Origin: an uncultured delta proteobacterium
GTDB lineage: Bacteria > Desulfobacterota > Binatia > UBA9968
NCBI GenBank assembly: GCA_963745835.1
Contig: CAVUZH010000008.1
Span: 32,001 to 96,000, forward strand
Direction of reading: 5' to 3'
Length of the DNA stretch: 64,000 nucleotides
The notes below the pieces were generated by a model that was not told where the DNA came from, searched no databases, and saw only the letters and a list, made by a program, of their open reading frames with translations. The position numbers and the translations under genes were made by a program. Shown here piece after piece: positions 39,173-48,054 of this stretch (positions within the stretch are counted from its first letter, which is position 1; each line of letters opens with the position of its first letter).

Positions 39173-39478
39173 TCAATCCTCGAGTTTGTCTCTTTTCATC
39201 AGGTGTTTGCTGATGATCACGCCGCCATAGAACCCGAATGTCAAGTACACGAGCGCGGGAAAATAACCACCAACCAAATCACCCGTGCCTTTTAGAGGAT
39301 CATCAACAACCCAGGCCATCCATACCAGTAACGAGACTACAAGAATCGATAAACCAGCAAGCAAATGAATATACATGGGCGCCCAAAAACAGCTGCGCCA
39401 CCAGAGAGCAAGTGATAACACACCGAGGGAAACAATGATCGGTATTAGCAGCGTACGAAGTAAGTTAGCCGTTGTCAT
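39173..39478 (-). CDS. Hypothetical three-TM membrane protein
   Basis: 101-aa ORF with three hydrophobic segments, co-oriented in the gene run. Confidence 0.55.
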   Translation of the reverse strand: MTTANLLRTLLIPIIVSLGVLSLALWWRSCFWAPMYIHLLAGLSILVVSLLVWMAWVVDDPLKGTGDLVGGYFPALVYLTFGFYGGVIISKHLMKRDKLED

Positions 39479-39527
39479 AGATGCTTCCCGGGCTAACTGG
39501 AAATTTTTCGATAAAGTTCACCATTGC

Positions 39528-40733
39528 TCATCGGTACAGTAACAGAGACTCTCGTTCTTCTAGCCACGAGGACTCATCCGGTTCGGCGAGTTCGTCGAGG
39601 TCGGCCGGCACGGCGGCAGGGTCATCTACCCATCGCCGCAGCAATTCACTGCCGTTGATTATGTCGATAGCCAGACGATCGGTTTCGTACTCGTAAGAGA
39701 AATCGCGCCAAAGAGGATAATCCGGCCGGAGAGTTCGCAAGCTTTTCAAAGCCAAGGCCAACAGGCGCCACGGTTGAAACAAATTGTGATCGTATGCCGG
39801 ATCGTCCACATGAATCTGAATACCGCCGCACAGTTTACCGACATATTTATGAAAGGTCGGCTCAAACCAGCAATCGCGCAGCCTGCACCCGCGCATCCAG
39901 TGAGGCGCAAGCTCGCCCATCTTTGCAAGTAGCTCGCGCGGCTCGAGATCCGGCGCGCCGAAGAGCTCCAATGGTCGGGTGGTGCCGCGTCCCTCGGACA
40001 GAGTCGTGCCTTCGAGCATGACCGTTCCGCTATAGCAGCGAGCCATCGATAGATTGGGTGCATTGGGGCTGGGATTCACCCAACTTCTTTGGCCGAGAGG
40101 CCAACCAAATCCGGGTTCGCTCGACGGCTGCCAATCATCCATGGTCACGACCTCACAGTCGACGTCCAGCCGAAGCGCGCGGACGAACCACTTCGCAAGC
40201 TCACCTAAGGTCAGGCCGTGACGCATCGGCAAGGGCCCGGCGCCGACAAAGCTTTCCCAACCATCGCGCAAACGCAGCCCTTCTACCGGGCGTCCGATAG
40301 GATTGGGGCGATCGAGAATCCAGACGGTCTTTTTTAGCTCTGCAGCCGCCTCGAGCATGTAACGCAAAGTCGTAACGAAGGTGTAGATCCGGCAACCGAG
40401 ATCCTGCAGATCAATCAGCAGAACATCAAAACTGTCCATCATCGCCACCGTAGGGCGGCGAACTTCGCCGTAGAGACTGAAAACGGGAATGCCATGGATC
40501 GCGTCGGTGAAGTTTGGCGATTCGATCATGTTGTCCTGCTTATCACCGCGCAGACCGTGTTGAGGGCCGAAAGCGGCGGTGAGCTTGACATCGCTACACC
40601 CGGCGAGAGCGTCTAGTGAGTGTTGAAGAAAACGCGTGACTGAAGCCGGATGCGCGAGCAATGCCGACCGGCGGCCTTTTAGCGCTTTACGCAGCGCCGG
40701 TTCTTCCAGCAAGCGGTCGATTCCGAATTTCAT
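39528..40733 (-). CDS. Exo-beta-N-acetylmuramidase NamZ family (DUF1343)
   Basis: FGPQHG, SLYG, DLQDLGCRIYTF, LDRPNP, RHGLTLGE, PSPN and SEGRGTTRP motifs. Confidence 0.92.
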   Translation of the reverse strand: MKFGIDRLLEEPALRKALKGRRSALLAHPASVTRFLQHSLDALAGCSDVKLTAAFGPQHGLRGDKQDNMIESPNFTDAIHGIPVFSLYGEVRRPTVAMMDSFDVLLIDLQDLGCRIYTFVTTLRYMLEAAAELKKTVWILDRPNPIGRPVEGLRLRDGWESFVGAGPLPMRHGLTLGELAKWFVRALRLDVDCEVVTMDDWQPSSEPGFGWPLGQRSWVNPSPNAPNLSMARCYSGTVMLEGTTLSEGRGTTRPLELFGAPDLEPRELLAKMGELAPHWMRGCRLRDCWFEPTFHKYVGKLCGGIQIHVDDPAYDHNLFQPWRLLALALKSLRTLRPDYPLWRDFSYEYETDRLAIDIINGSELLRRWVDDPAAVPADLDELAEPDESSWLEERESLLLYR

Positions 40734-41329
40734 GGCTTGCCAGTATAAGCCGGATCGAGGACCGCAGCCACATGCGGCTCCCATTCCAAAATAAACGCGC
40801 TGGCATCATGAAAGTCGGGTGGGCCGGGTGGATGCTTGAGCGCCCAGTAAGACACCGCACCGTCGTTTTCTTCGATCACGGCTGACAACCCCAGCAAAAA
40901 GCGGCCATTCACCGGCAGCCCGGGCAAAGATTCTCGGCCGATGAGGGCATCTAGTTCGAAACGGTTTGCAGAAGCGCGGACCGTAATCTGCGGGTCCGAA
41001 GCCTGCGCCAGAGGACCGCCATGACGATAACGTTGAAAAGCATATGCCGCCCACTGGCCGGAGGGAGCGAAATTAAACTCACGATATGCCGGCGCAGCTC
41101 TGACGGCTACGAAGGCCTCGAAACAAGTATGTCGCCACAAACCGTCTACCCTGTTCGGTGCGGATTTCACGGGCAGACATAACCGGCTGATCTGTCCTTC
41201 GAGGCAGTACGTGATCGCGATGCCGCCATCAGGAACTTGTGACCAGCGCGCTCGGATCGTATTCACCGATTGGCTCGGAGTTTCGGGATGACGGGCCAAC
41301 TCCCTTTGCTGTGCGACTAAAGACATCAT
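40730..41329 (-). CDS. DOMON-like (CBM9-like) domain protein
   Basis: LWRHTCFEAF, YREFNFAPSGQWAAY and LSAVIE...YWAL.H...PDFH motifs; stop overlaps the NamZ start. Confidence 0.8.
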   Translation of the reverse strand: MMSLVAQQRELARHPETPSQSVNTIRARWSQVPDGGIAITYCLEGQISRLCLPVKSAPNRVDGLWRHTCFEAFVAVRAAPAYREFNFAPSGQWAAYAFQRYRHGGPLAQASDPQITVRASANRFELDALIGRESLPGLPVNGRFLLGLSAVIEENDGAVSYWALKHPPGPPDFHDASAFILEWEPHVAAVLDPAYTGKP

Positions 41330-41518
41330 GCTCGGTTTTAACTCACCGTCGACAGTTTCGATCCAATGGATCTACCCCTGCTTTGCGATCGAGCGAATTC
41401 CGTACTCCAAGCTATGCCGCAATTGGCGGCATGTTTGCCTCTCTATAGAATTAAATTCGGAACATTGATGGCGAGCAGGGATGAACTGCGTTGAACTCCA
41501 CTCACGGAGCGGGTACAG

Positions 41519-42439
41519 ATGACGAATATGGACAAGGTTCGAAGTCTCCATGACGCTATCGCGCGAGACATCCATGACGGTTCTTCCATCGCCATGGGGT
41601 GCGGCCTCGAATCGTTGATTCCATTCGCCGCCAGCAACGAGATTATACGACAGAGGAAGAAAAACCTCACCTTGATCGCGCCGATATCCGACATGCAGTT
41701 CGACCAATTGATTGGCGCCGGTTGCGTAAAAAAGATCATCGCATCCTGGGTCGGCAATGTTGCCGCGGGTCTCGGTCACAATTACCGGCGGGCGGCCGAA
41801 TCCGGCATACCGCACCCGATTGAAATCGAGGATCACTCGAATTTTACCATCGGCCTAGGCTTGCAGGCTGCAGCCACCGGCTTGCCATTTTTGCCAACCA
41901 AATCCATTCGCGGCAGCGACATCAGCCGCGGCCCGCAGTTCGCCTCGGTGAAATGCCCGTTCACCGGCGATGAACTCCTTGCAGTCAAAGCGATCTCGCC
42001 CGATGTGACGATTCTTCACGTGCAAAGAGCCGATCGCCAAGGAAACGCGCACGCGTGGGGAAATTTCGGTGTCATGAAGGAAGCTGCCTTCGCGGCTAAA
42101 ACGGTAATTCTGACCTGCGAAGAAATCGTTGATCATGAGGTCATTTTGAGCGATCCGAACCGAACATTGATTCCCGGGTTCTTGGTTTCCAGCATCGTCC
42201 ATCAGCCATTCGGTTCGCACCCCTCGCCGGCTCAAGGCTATACCCGACGGGATGACTCTTTCTATTTCGAATACCACAAAGAGACTCGTTCTCTCGACGG
42301 TTTCAAGAAATGGCTGCAAACGTGGGTTTTCAGTGTCGCCGACCACGTTGAATTTCTCGAGCGACTCGGCGGAGAGCGGTTAAAAAACCTCGTGCCGCAG
42401 GAAAGTTTAGTGGCCGCGCCGGTAAATTTTAGCTATTGA
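41519..42439 (+). CDS. Family I CoA-transferase subunit A (glutaconate/3-oxoadipate type)
   Basis: IPFAA..EIIRQ, GLPFLP, CPFTG, HVQRAD..GN and PFGSHPS motifs. Confidence 0.9.
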   Translation: MTNMDKVRSLHDAIARDIHDGSSIAMGCGLESLIPFAASNEIIRQRKKNLTLIAPISDMQFDQLIGAGCVKKIIASWVGNVAAGLGHNYRRAAESGIPHPIEIEDHSNFTIGLGLQAAATGLPFLPTKSIRGSDISRGPQFASVKCPFTGDELLAVKAISPDVTILHVQRADRQGNAHAWGNFGVMKEAAFAAKTVILTCEEIVDHEVILSDPNRTLIPGFLVSSIVHQPFGSHPSPAQGYTRRDDSFYFEYHKETRSLDGFKKWLQTWVFSVADHVEFLERLGGERLKNLVPQESLVAAPVNFSY

Positions 42440-42471
42440 ATCAGGAAAACTATCATCACGCAGGAGGAGCC

Positions 42472-42909
42472 ATGAAGGCAGTACCCTTTTTTAAATTAAC
42501 TCAGGAAGGCGCCGACATCATTGTCAACACGGCCGTGGAAAAAGCCAAAGAGCTCAAGCAGATCGTCAGTATCGCGGTCGTCGATAGCGGCGGTCACCTG
42601 TTTTCATTCAAAAGAATGACTAATGGACGGACCCACAACACGATGATCGCGCTTGCCAAAGCCCGCTCGGCCGCGCTAACTACAGCGGCAACCGGCAAGA
42701 CCAACCGTGAAGGCGGCGAGATTCCCGATCACCAAGTTCTCGCGCAGACTCTGGCCGTCGGTCCCGGGTGGTTCATCAGCATTGAAGGCGGAATCCCTCT
42801 CACAATCGAGGGCCAATGCATTGCCGCCGTCGGTGTCAGTGGCGCTCCTGCCGCAGTCGACAAACAGATTTGCCAGGCCGGCATAGATGCGTTCAACAAG
42901 GCAGACTAG
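42472..42909 (+). CDS. GlcG/HbpS family heme-binding protein
   Basis: IAVVDSGG, IALAKARSA, GGIPL and VGVSG motifs; RBS AGGAGG. Confidence 0.88.
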   Translation: MKAVPFFKLTQEGADIIVNTAVEKAKELKQIVSIAVVDSGGHLFSFKRMTNGRTHNTMIALAKARSAALTTAATGKTNREGGEIPDHQVLAQTLAVGPGWFISIEGGIPLTIEGQCIAAVGVSGAPAAVDKQICQAGIDAFNKAD

Positions 42910-43045
42910 CTGCGATATTGTAGTGGCACAGACTCGCAACACCCGACGCCGGAATCTCAGCTCGAATTAGCCATGCTCTGTAGAAGACTCCGAGACAGCT
43001 CGTTCTTCGATCACTACTACGGATGAATCTCGGGACAGCTGCGCT

Positions 43046-43801
43046 ATGAATTACACGTTGCGAGAATTAATGGTTGCCGCCGCTTCCCGGGAAATCAGCG
43101 ACGGCGATAAAGTCTTTGTTGGCATGCGCCTGCCGCTCCTCGGCTTTGCCGTAGCCAAGGAAACTCATGCGCCTAGCGCAATTGGTATTTTCGAAAATGG
43201 GGTGGTCAGAGACTGGCCGGCGCTCGAATCGATTCTAACCATGAGCGATCCACCCAATGTGGCGCGCGCGTTGAGTTGCGCCGGACTGAACGACGTGATG
43301 CATCTTTTGCAGAGTAATCGAATCGACTTAGGTTTCATCGGCGGCGCGGAAGTGGATCGATTTGGCAACCTGAATACGCACTGGGTTGAAGAGAACCGCA
43401 AACCGATTCGTTTGCCGGGCAGCGGCGGCGCTGCGGACATCGCGACGATGGCTAAGCGGTGCATCATCATCATGAACCATGAACGGCGCCGTTTCCCAGC
43501 CAGAGTTCATTACATCACCTCTCCCGGCTTTGGCGACGGCGCTGATTGGCGCTCGCGCAACGGTCTCATCGGCGGAGGGCCGAGCCGGGTGATTACCAGC
43601 ATGGGCATATTCTCATTCGATGACAACACGCGTGAAATGATGCTAACCGCAAACCATCCGGGAGTGAGCATCGAGAACATCAAGAATGAAACGGATTGGC
43701 CGCTTCAGATTGCGCCGGGCATCAAGGAGACTGCGGCTCCGACTGACGATGAACTGTCTGCGATCAGAAAATACGATCCAAACAGGGTCTGGACATCGTA
43801 G
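43046..43801 (+). CDS. Family I CoA-transferase subunit B
   Basis: VFVG, FENG (catalytic Glu), GGAEVDRFGNLN, LPGSGGAAD and ITSPG motifs. Confidence 0.9.
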   Translation: MNYTLRELMVAAASREISDGDKVFVGMRLPLLGFAVAKETHAPSAIGIFENGVVRDWPALESILTMSDPPNVARALSCAGLNDVMHLLQSNRIDLGFIGGAEVDRFGNLNTHWVEENRKPIRLPGSGGAADIATMAKRCIIIMNHERRRFPARVHYITSPGFGDGADWRSRNGLIGGGPSRVITSMGIFSFDDNTREMMLTANHPGVSIENIKNETDWPLQIAPGIKETAAPTDDELSAIRKYDPNRVWTS

Positions 43802-43971
43802 GCGTCGCCCAGCCGGGTCCGCATTTAAATTCGGCTTCAGTGTGCAGTGGTGCTATCCATGTGGCGGCGTGAACTTGGCATGACGACCGCCACGCGAAAA
43901 TACGGGCATAGGACCGCATTACAAGCATCTGAAATCCTATGCCCCTCTGCGATAGGTCTGAACCGTTCGCT

Positions 43972-44484
43972 CTAGCCGTCCACCCGCACCGAGGTGATGA
44001 CAACCGGATCCACCGGAACGTCTTGATGCATTCCGCTGTTATGCGTCTTTACCTTTTCAATCTTCTGCACCACGTCCATGCCGTCGATGACGCGAGCGAA
44101 AACTGCATATCCGAACGCATCCGCAGACGTGCTCCTGTGATCCAGGAAATCGTTATCTTTAACGTTGATGAAAAACTGAGCGGTAGCGCTGTCGACGACG
44201 TTGGTCCGCGCCATCGCCACCGTGGCGTTTTTGTTTTTCAAACCGTTAGTCGCTTCGTTCTTAATTGGCGACTTGGTGCTCTTCTGTTTCATCTGCGGGT
44301 CCATCCCGCCACCCTGAATCATGAAACCGGGAATCACCCGATGAAAAATCAGACCGTCGTAAAATCCGTCATTGACATAATCCAGGAAATTTTTCGTCGT
44401 AATCGGCGCCTTATCCGCTTCAAGTTCGATTCGTATGTCTCCCATGCTCGTCGCTACGGTTACCGTCGGGTTCTTTTCTGCCAT
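43972..44484 (-). CDS. Cyclophilin-type peptidyl-prolyl cis-trans isomerase
   Basis: [25 protein letters not shown] and SATAQFFIN motifs; RBS AGGAGG before ATG 44484. Confidence 0.95.
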   Translation of the reverse strand: MAEKNPTVTVATSMGDIRIELEADKAPITTKNFLDYVNDGFYDGLIFHRVIPGFMIQGGGMDPQMKQKSTKSPIKNEATNGLKNKNATVAMARTNVVDSATAQFFINVKDNDFLDHRSTSADAFGYAVFARVIDGMDVVQKIEKVKTHNSGMHQDVPVDPVVITSVRVDG

Positions 44485-44621
44485 TACCGCCTCCTGCGTG
44501 AGATGATAGATTTCTATCACCTTTGGTTTCAGTTCGAAATGGATATCGGCTGGAATTGTCGGCGACGGTGCGATATGGGTACGGAAACTTAATATGTGAT
44601 CCAAACCCGAAAGGAGTCTTT

Positions 44622-45539
44622 ATGCCCAGTGACAGAAAGATCGAAGGGATTTTGATGCCGATGCCGGTGGCATTCAAGAACGACGGCGCCATCGACCACA
44701 GTGCGACTGACGCCATCATCGATTTCTATCTTGCGTCGGGAGTGCACGGCTTTTTTCCTTTAGGCACTCACGGTCAAGGCATGGTTATGGAGATCGACGA
44801 GCGCAAGAAGGTGGCTGAGCAGATCGTTAAGCGAGTTGCCGGAAAAGTCCCCGTCGTCATGCACATCGGCACGGCCAATACCTATTCCTCCATCGAACTG
44901 GCCAAGCACGCGGCCAGCCTTGGCGTGGACGCTATTGGAGTTGTACCCCCATACTATTATCCCCACGACGATTACGAAGTGTACGCTCACTACAAGGCGA
45001 TTGCCAAGTCGGTACCGGGCGTGCCGCTCTTTATCTACGACAACACCGAAACGACGTGGGTCGAGATTACTCCAGCCAAAGCTAACAAAATCATCGAAGC
45101 GATCGCGCCCAACCCGCTTGCCGGCATCAAGGTTTCTTTCATCGCCTACGACAAACTGCTGGGTTACGTATACCAACTGCCGAAGTCTACCGGAGTTTTT
45201 CCAGGCGGGATTTTTTCGCTGTATACGGGTTACTCCGTGGGCGTGCGCGGCGCGATTCATCCGCCGTCAACGCCTTTCCCGGAAGCGTGTGTAAAAATGT
45301 ACGAAGCCCTGAAACTGGGCGACCTCAAAGGAGCGCAAAAGGAACACGATCTGCTCACCCGGCTCATGCAGGTGGTCGGCAAGTATTTGAAGACCCACGG
45401 TCGCGGCGTGTTCTGCGAGCTGATGAAGCTCCGCGGTTTGCAAGTGGAGCGCTTCCCGCGCTGGGAAACGATGCCTTTTACGGAGAAAGACAAGGCCGAA
45501 CTCAAAGAAGGCTTGAATAACGCTGGTTTCAAACTATAA
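44622..45539 (+). CDS. DapA/NAL-family Schiff-base aldolase/lyase
   Basis: LGTHGQG, VVPPYY, IYDN and AGIKVS motifs; RBS AAGGAG. Confidence 0.87.
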   Translation: MPSDRKIEGILMPMPVAFKNDGAIDHSATDAIIDFYLASGVHGFFPLGTHGQGMVMEIDERKKVAEQIVKRVAGKVPVVMHIGTANTYSSIELAKHAASLGVDAIGVVPPYYYPHDDYEVYAHYKAIAKSVPGVPLFIYDNTETTWVEITPAKANKIIEAIAPNPLAGIKVSFIAYDKLLGYVYQLPKSTGVFPGGIFSLYTGYSVGVRGAIHPPSTPFPEACVKMYEALKLGDLKGAQKEHDLLTRLMQVVGKYLKTHGRGVFCELMKLRGLQVERFPRWETMPFTEKDKAELKEGLNNAGFKL

Positions 45540-46117
45540 CGCTCGAGTCCGCAAGCATCGACCAACGATTAGCGGACGAGATCAAACATCGCATGTACAC
45601 GCCCTGGAATGAGCAATTTCGGCGGCGCGTTCATGCGATCTCGAAGCCGGCAAATTGCCAATCGAAAGCATTCGCCTCTTCGGTGTGAACATCCGGTAAC
45701 GCAATTCGCAGACGTGGCGAGAGTTTTGGCTCCTACGATTAAATTTACCGCTTCGATTCAAAGGATTGCGAAATTTCTTGTGAAGAAATGCCAAGGAGAT
45801 CCGTAGGCGACATCTCGCTACCTCTCGATTTAATTTGCTCTCCTTGATCGAAACAAAACCGAGGTAGGCCGCTATTTGTTTGGACTCATAACTCAAGTCC
45901 TGCCGTCGGTGCTCATCCTTGCTACAGTGCTCTGGTTGGGATAGAGTCCGGCGCGTAACCTTTTTCCTTCAGCCGTACTGGCGCGTAAGAGGTAGAAGGC
46001 CCCACCACACCCTCATCGGTGGCATGTCCTTTGGCTCCGGATCGATAGGCTATTAACGGTTCTGACTCACTTCCTCTTCCAATATCCAAAGGCTATCAAG
46101 AGCTTTAAAGGAGCGTT

Positions 46118-46657
46118 ATGAATCCTCTATTGATCATCGCCATCCCCTTAGCGTTGGTGATTCTGGGCATGATACTGAACAGCACTGGGCTGTCTTTCGA
46201 TCAACCGGCGAGCTCACCCGAGCAAGATCCGATTAAAAAATTGACCGCGGAAAAGGATGCTTATCGTAAATTTTTCGATCTGCAGAGAAGCCGATCCCTA
46301 AAACGGCAGAAACGGATAAGCCAATACAGCTGGCTTGTGATGGCCGCATTCATCGGCGCATTCATTTGGCTGTATACGGATACGGTGAATAAGACCAGTC
46401 TTTCCAGCCGAATCGCCGCGCTTCAGACCCTGGGCACAGAAGAAGGTAAACAGATGGTTTTATCGGTGACGTTGAGCGACGGGAACAACGTAAAATACCT
46501 CGTCAAGCTTCCTCAAGCCGAAAAGTTGGAAGCTGCTCCAAAGGAAGGTTCGACGGTAGAAAAGGTGTCGTCTTGGGAACTCGAGAGATTAGGCACGGCC
46601 TTAAGCGTCGGCAATAGTCCTTTACCGTTAGGCATGGCGTTGAAAATTTCCCACTAA
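46118..46657 (+). CDS. Hypothetical two-TM membrane protein, paralog A
   Basis: RBS AAGGAG; full-length similarity to 50955-51518. Confidence 0.8.
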   Translation: MNPLLIIAIPLALVILGMILNSTGLSFDQPASSPEQDPIKKLTAEKDAYRKFFDLQRSRSLKRQKRISQYSWLVMAAFIGAFIWLYTDTVNKTSLSSRIAALQTLGTEEGKQMVLSVTLSDGNNVKYLVKLPQAEKLEAAPKEGSTVEKVSSWELERLGTALSVGNSPLPLGMALKISH

Positions 46658-46693
46658 CGAAGTCAGACAAGCAGATTGAATAGGTTCAACGGG

Positions 46694-46719
46694 CTCGAGG
46701 CGCCGAACGGCGCCTTGAG
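46694..46719 (+). terminator. Stem-loop downstream of paralog A
   Basis: CTCGAGGCGCCG-AA-CGGCGCCTTGAG. Confidence 0.5.
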
Positions 46720-46886
46720 TTCATCTTCCACAGAGAATCCGTCGAAGACCCTGAGAGCATCAGTCCTAACAGGTGCTATTTCATCTGGCCGCTCCGATCA
46801 GTCCTAGAGCTCTGACACAGATTCGAAACGGCAACCTTCCGGTGAGACATACCTTCGCGAGTACTTACTCGACGATATAGAACTGA

Positions 46887-47117
46887 TCAGGGCTTTTGGT
46901 TCTTATCGATCCATTCCTGTGCTTTTTGCGCCGCGTAACGGTCGGCCTCATTCTTAGTCGGCAATGTGTGACTGAATTGATACTGATGTGACGGGAAATC
47001 GTTTGCTTCGGTTACCTGCCGGGTAATTGTGTATTGAGGAACCCAGCTACCGTGCTTCTCCCGCTGGAATGATTCACAACCGATGAGATAGTTTTTGTAC
47101 AGAAGAGTATTATTCAC
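46887..47117 (-). CDS. Small protein of the 'YK...T..EA...WID' family (CV_2116/HlyU-like by recollection), member 1
   Basis: YKNYLI...W.P...LPTKNEADRYAAQKAQEWID; near-identical to 52882-53112. Confidence 0.72.
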   Translation of the reverse strand: MNNTLLYKNYLIGCESFQREKHGSWVPQYTITRQVTEANDFPSHQYQFSHTLPTKNEADRYAAQKAQEWIDKNQKP

Positions 47118-47172
47118 GGTAACCCCCGATGAAGACGCTCGCAATTACGCCCGCCGCGTTTACAAAAAATTT

Positions 47173-47252
47173 TTAGCGCTCGACAATTTTGACTGATGGT
47201 TCTCAAGCCACTCCAGCATCCGCCGCAAACTACCTGTCGCCAGCCCGATGCT
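47173..47252 (-). pseudogene. Duplicated 3' fragment of the GH130 gene
   Basis: Translates SIGLATGSLRRMLEWLENHQ..., matching the C-terminus of 53167-54126 with a one-base deletion. Confidence 0.8.
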
Positions 47253-47282
47253 CGTTAGGATGCGACATCGCGGGAACGCAAG

Positions 47283-47513
47283 TCATTTCAATCCATGCTT
47301 ATGAGGGATAGGTTTGCCATCGTCAATCCATTTTTTGGCGACTTCGAGGGCAAAACGTGCAGCTTCTGCTTTGGTAGGAAACGGCTGGTTTATTTTCAAC
47401 GTCTCGAAGACGAGGGGAGCCAGTTGTCTATTGATGCGAAGCTCCGGCGTGAAGCCGTCGACGCGGCCCCAGGTGGTGATTAGAATGCTGTGCGATTTGT
47501 AGTAGTGGTCCAT
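47283..47513 (-). CDS. Small protein of the 'YK...WID' family, member 2
   Basis: YKSHSI...FTP...FPTKAEAARFALEVAKKWID; RBS-like GAGGA. Confidence 0.7.
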   Translation of the reverse strand: MDHYYKSHSILITTWGRVDGFTPELRINRQLAPLVFETLKINQPFPTKAEAARFALEVAKKWIDDGKPIPHKHGLK

Positions 47514-47654
47514 AGGCTTTGTTCCTCTAGACGCTATCTTTGCTCATTCAATGACGGATTGCTGTCTAGTACGAGACACGTCTCAAACATTATACAGGCT
47601 AAAGGACTGACCTCATTAATCCGTGCTATTAACCCCGCCCTCGTTAGAACGGGC

Positions 47655-47861
47655 TTACCGACTATCGATCCATTTTCGAGTGTCTGCGATCGCCTCCATC
47701 TGTGTTTCTTGGGGACTCGTAAAACTCTTGTCAGAAGTGTACGTGGTGAATTCTTCTCGCCCCCCCACCCAATGTACATTAGCGATAAATGTCCAGCCTT
47801 TCCCATCAATAGTTGGCTTAGTCTCTATGTTAAAGCCATGACCTTTGTACCGATAGTCCAT
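47655..47861 (-). CDS. Small protein of the 'YK...WID' family, member 3
   Basis: YKGHGF...W...FTSPQE...AIADTRKWID; RBS-like GAGG. Confidence 0.68.
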   Translation of the reverse strand: MDYRYKGHGFNIETKPTIDGKGWTFIANVHWVGGREEFTTYTSDKSFTSPQETQMEAIADTRKWIDSR

Positions 47862-48054
47862 CAGATGGCCTCAGGGATCATGGGCGAGTCAGTAGTCATT
47901 TAAGAGCCTTCCAGTTTTGCGAGGTTAATAAACCTCGATCAAGAGGCATCATCACTAGATAGTCGTTGGGGTCGATATAGCGTTTAAGTTTCTGCAAACA
48001 CTTTTGGCGGCTCGTCCAGTTTGACTCGGAGAACCTTACGTAGATTTCCAATCT

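Larger units (their letters stand above)
46887..47252. repeat. Direct duplication of about 366 bp, copy 1 (copy 2 at 52882-53247)
   Basis: Colinear high nucleotide similarity covering the small gene, the spacer and the last ~80 bp of the GH130 gene. Confidence 0.9.

Noticed and set aside
43939-44592. 217-aa ORF opposite the cyclophilin
   Set aside because: Antisense shadow of the conserved PPIase gene.
45582-45896. 104-aa minus-strand ORF
   Set aside because: TTG start, no RBS or recognisable motif; cannot be supported.
45985-46100. Lysine riboswitch resemblance (AGAGGT...GGCTATC)
   Set aside because: Too short, lacks the internal conserved elements, and the downstream gene is not lysine-related.
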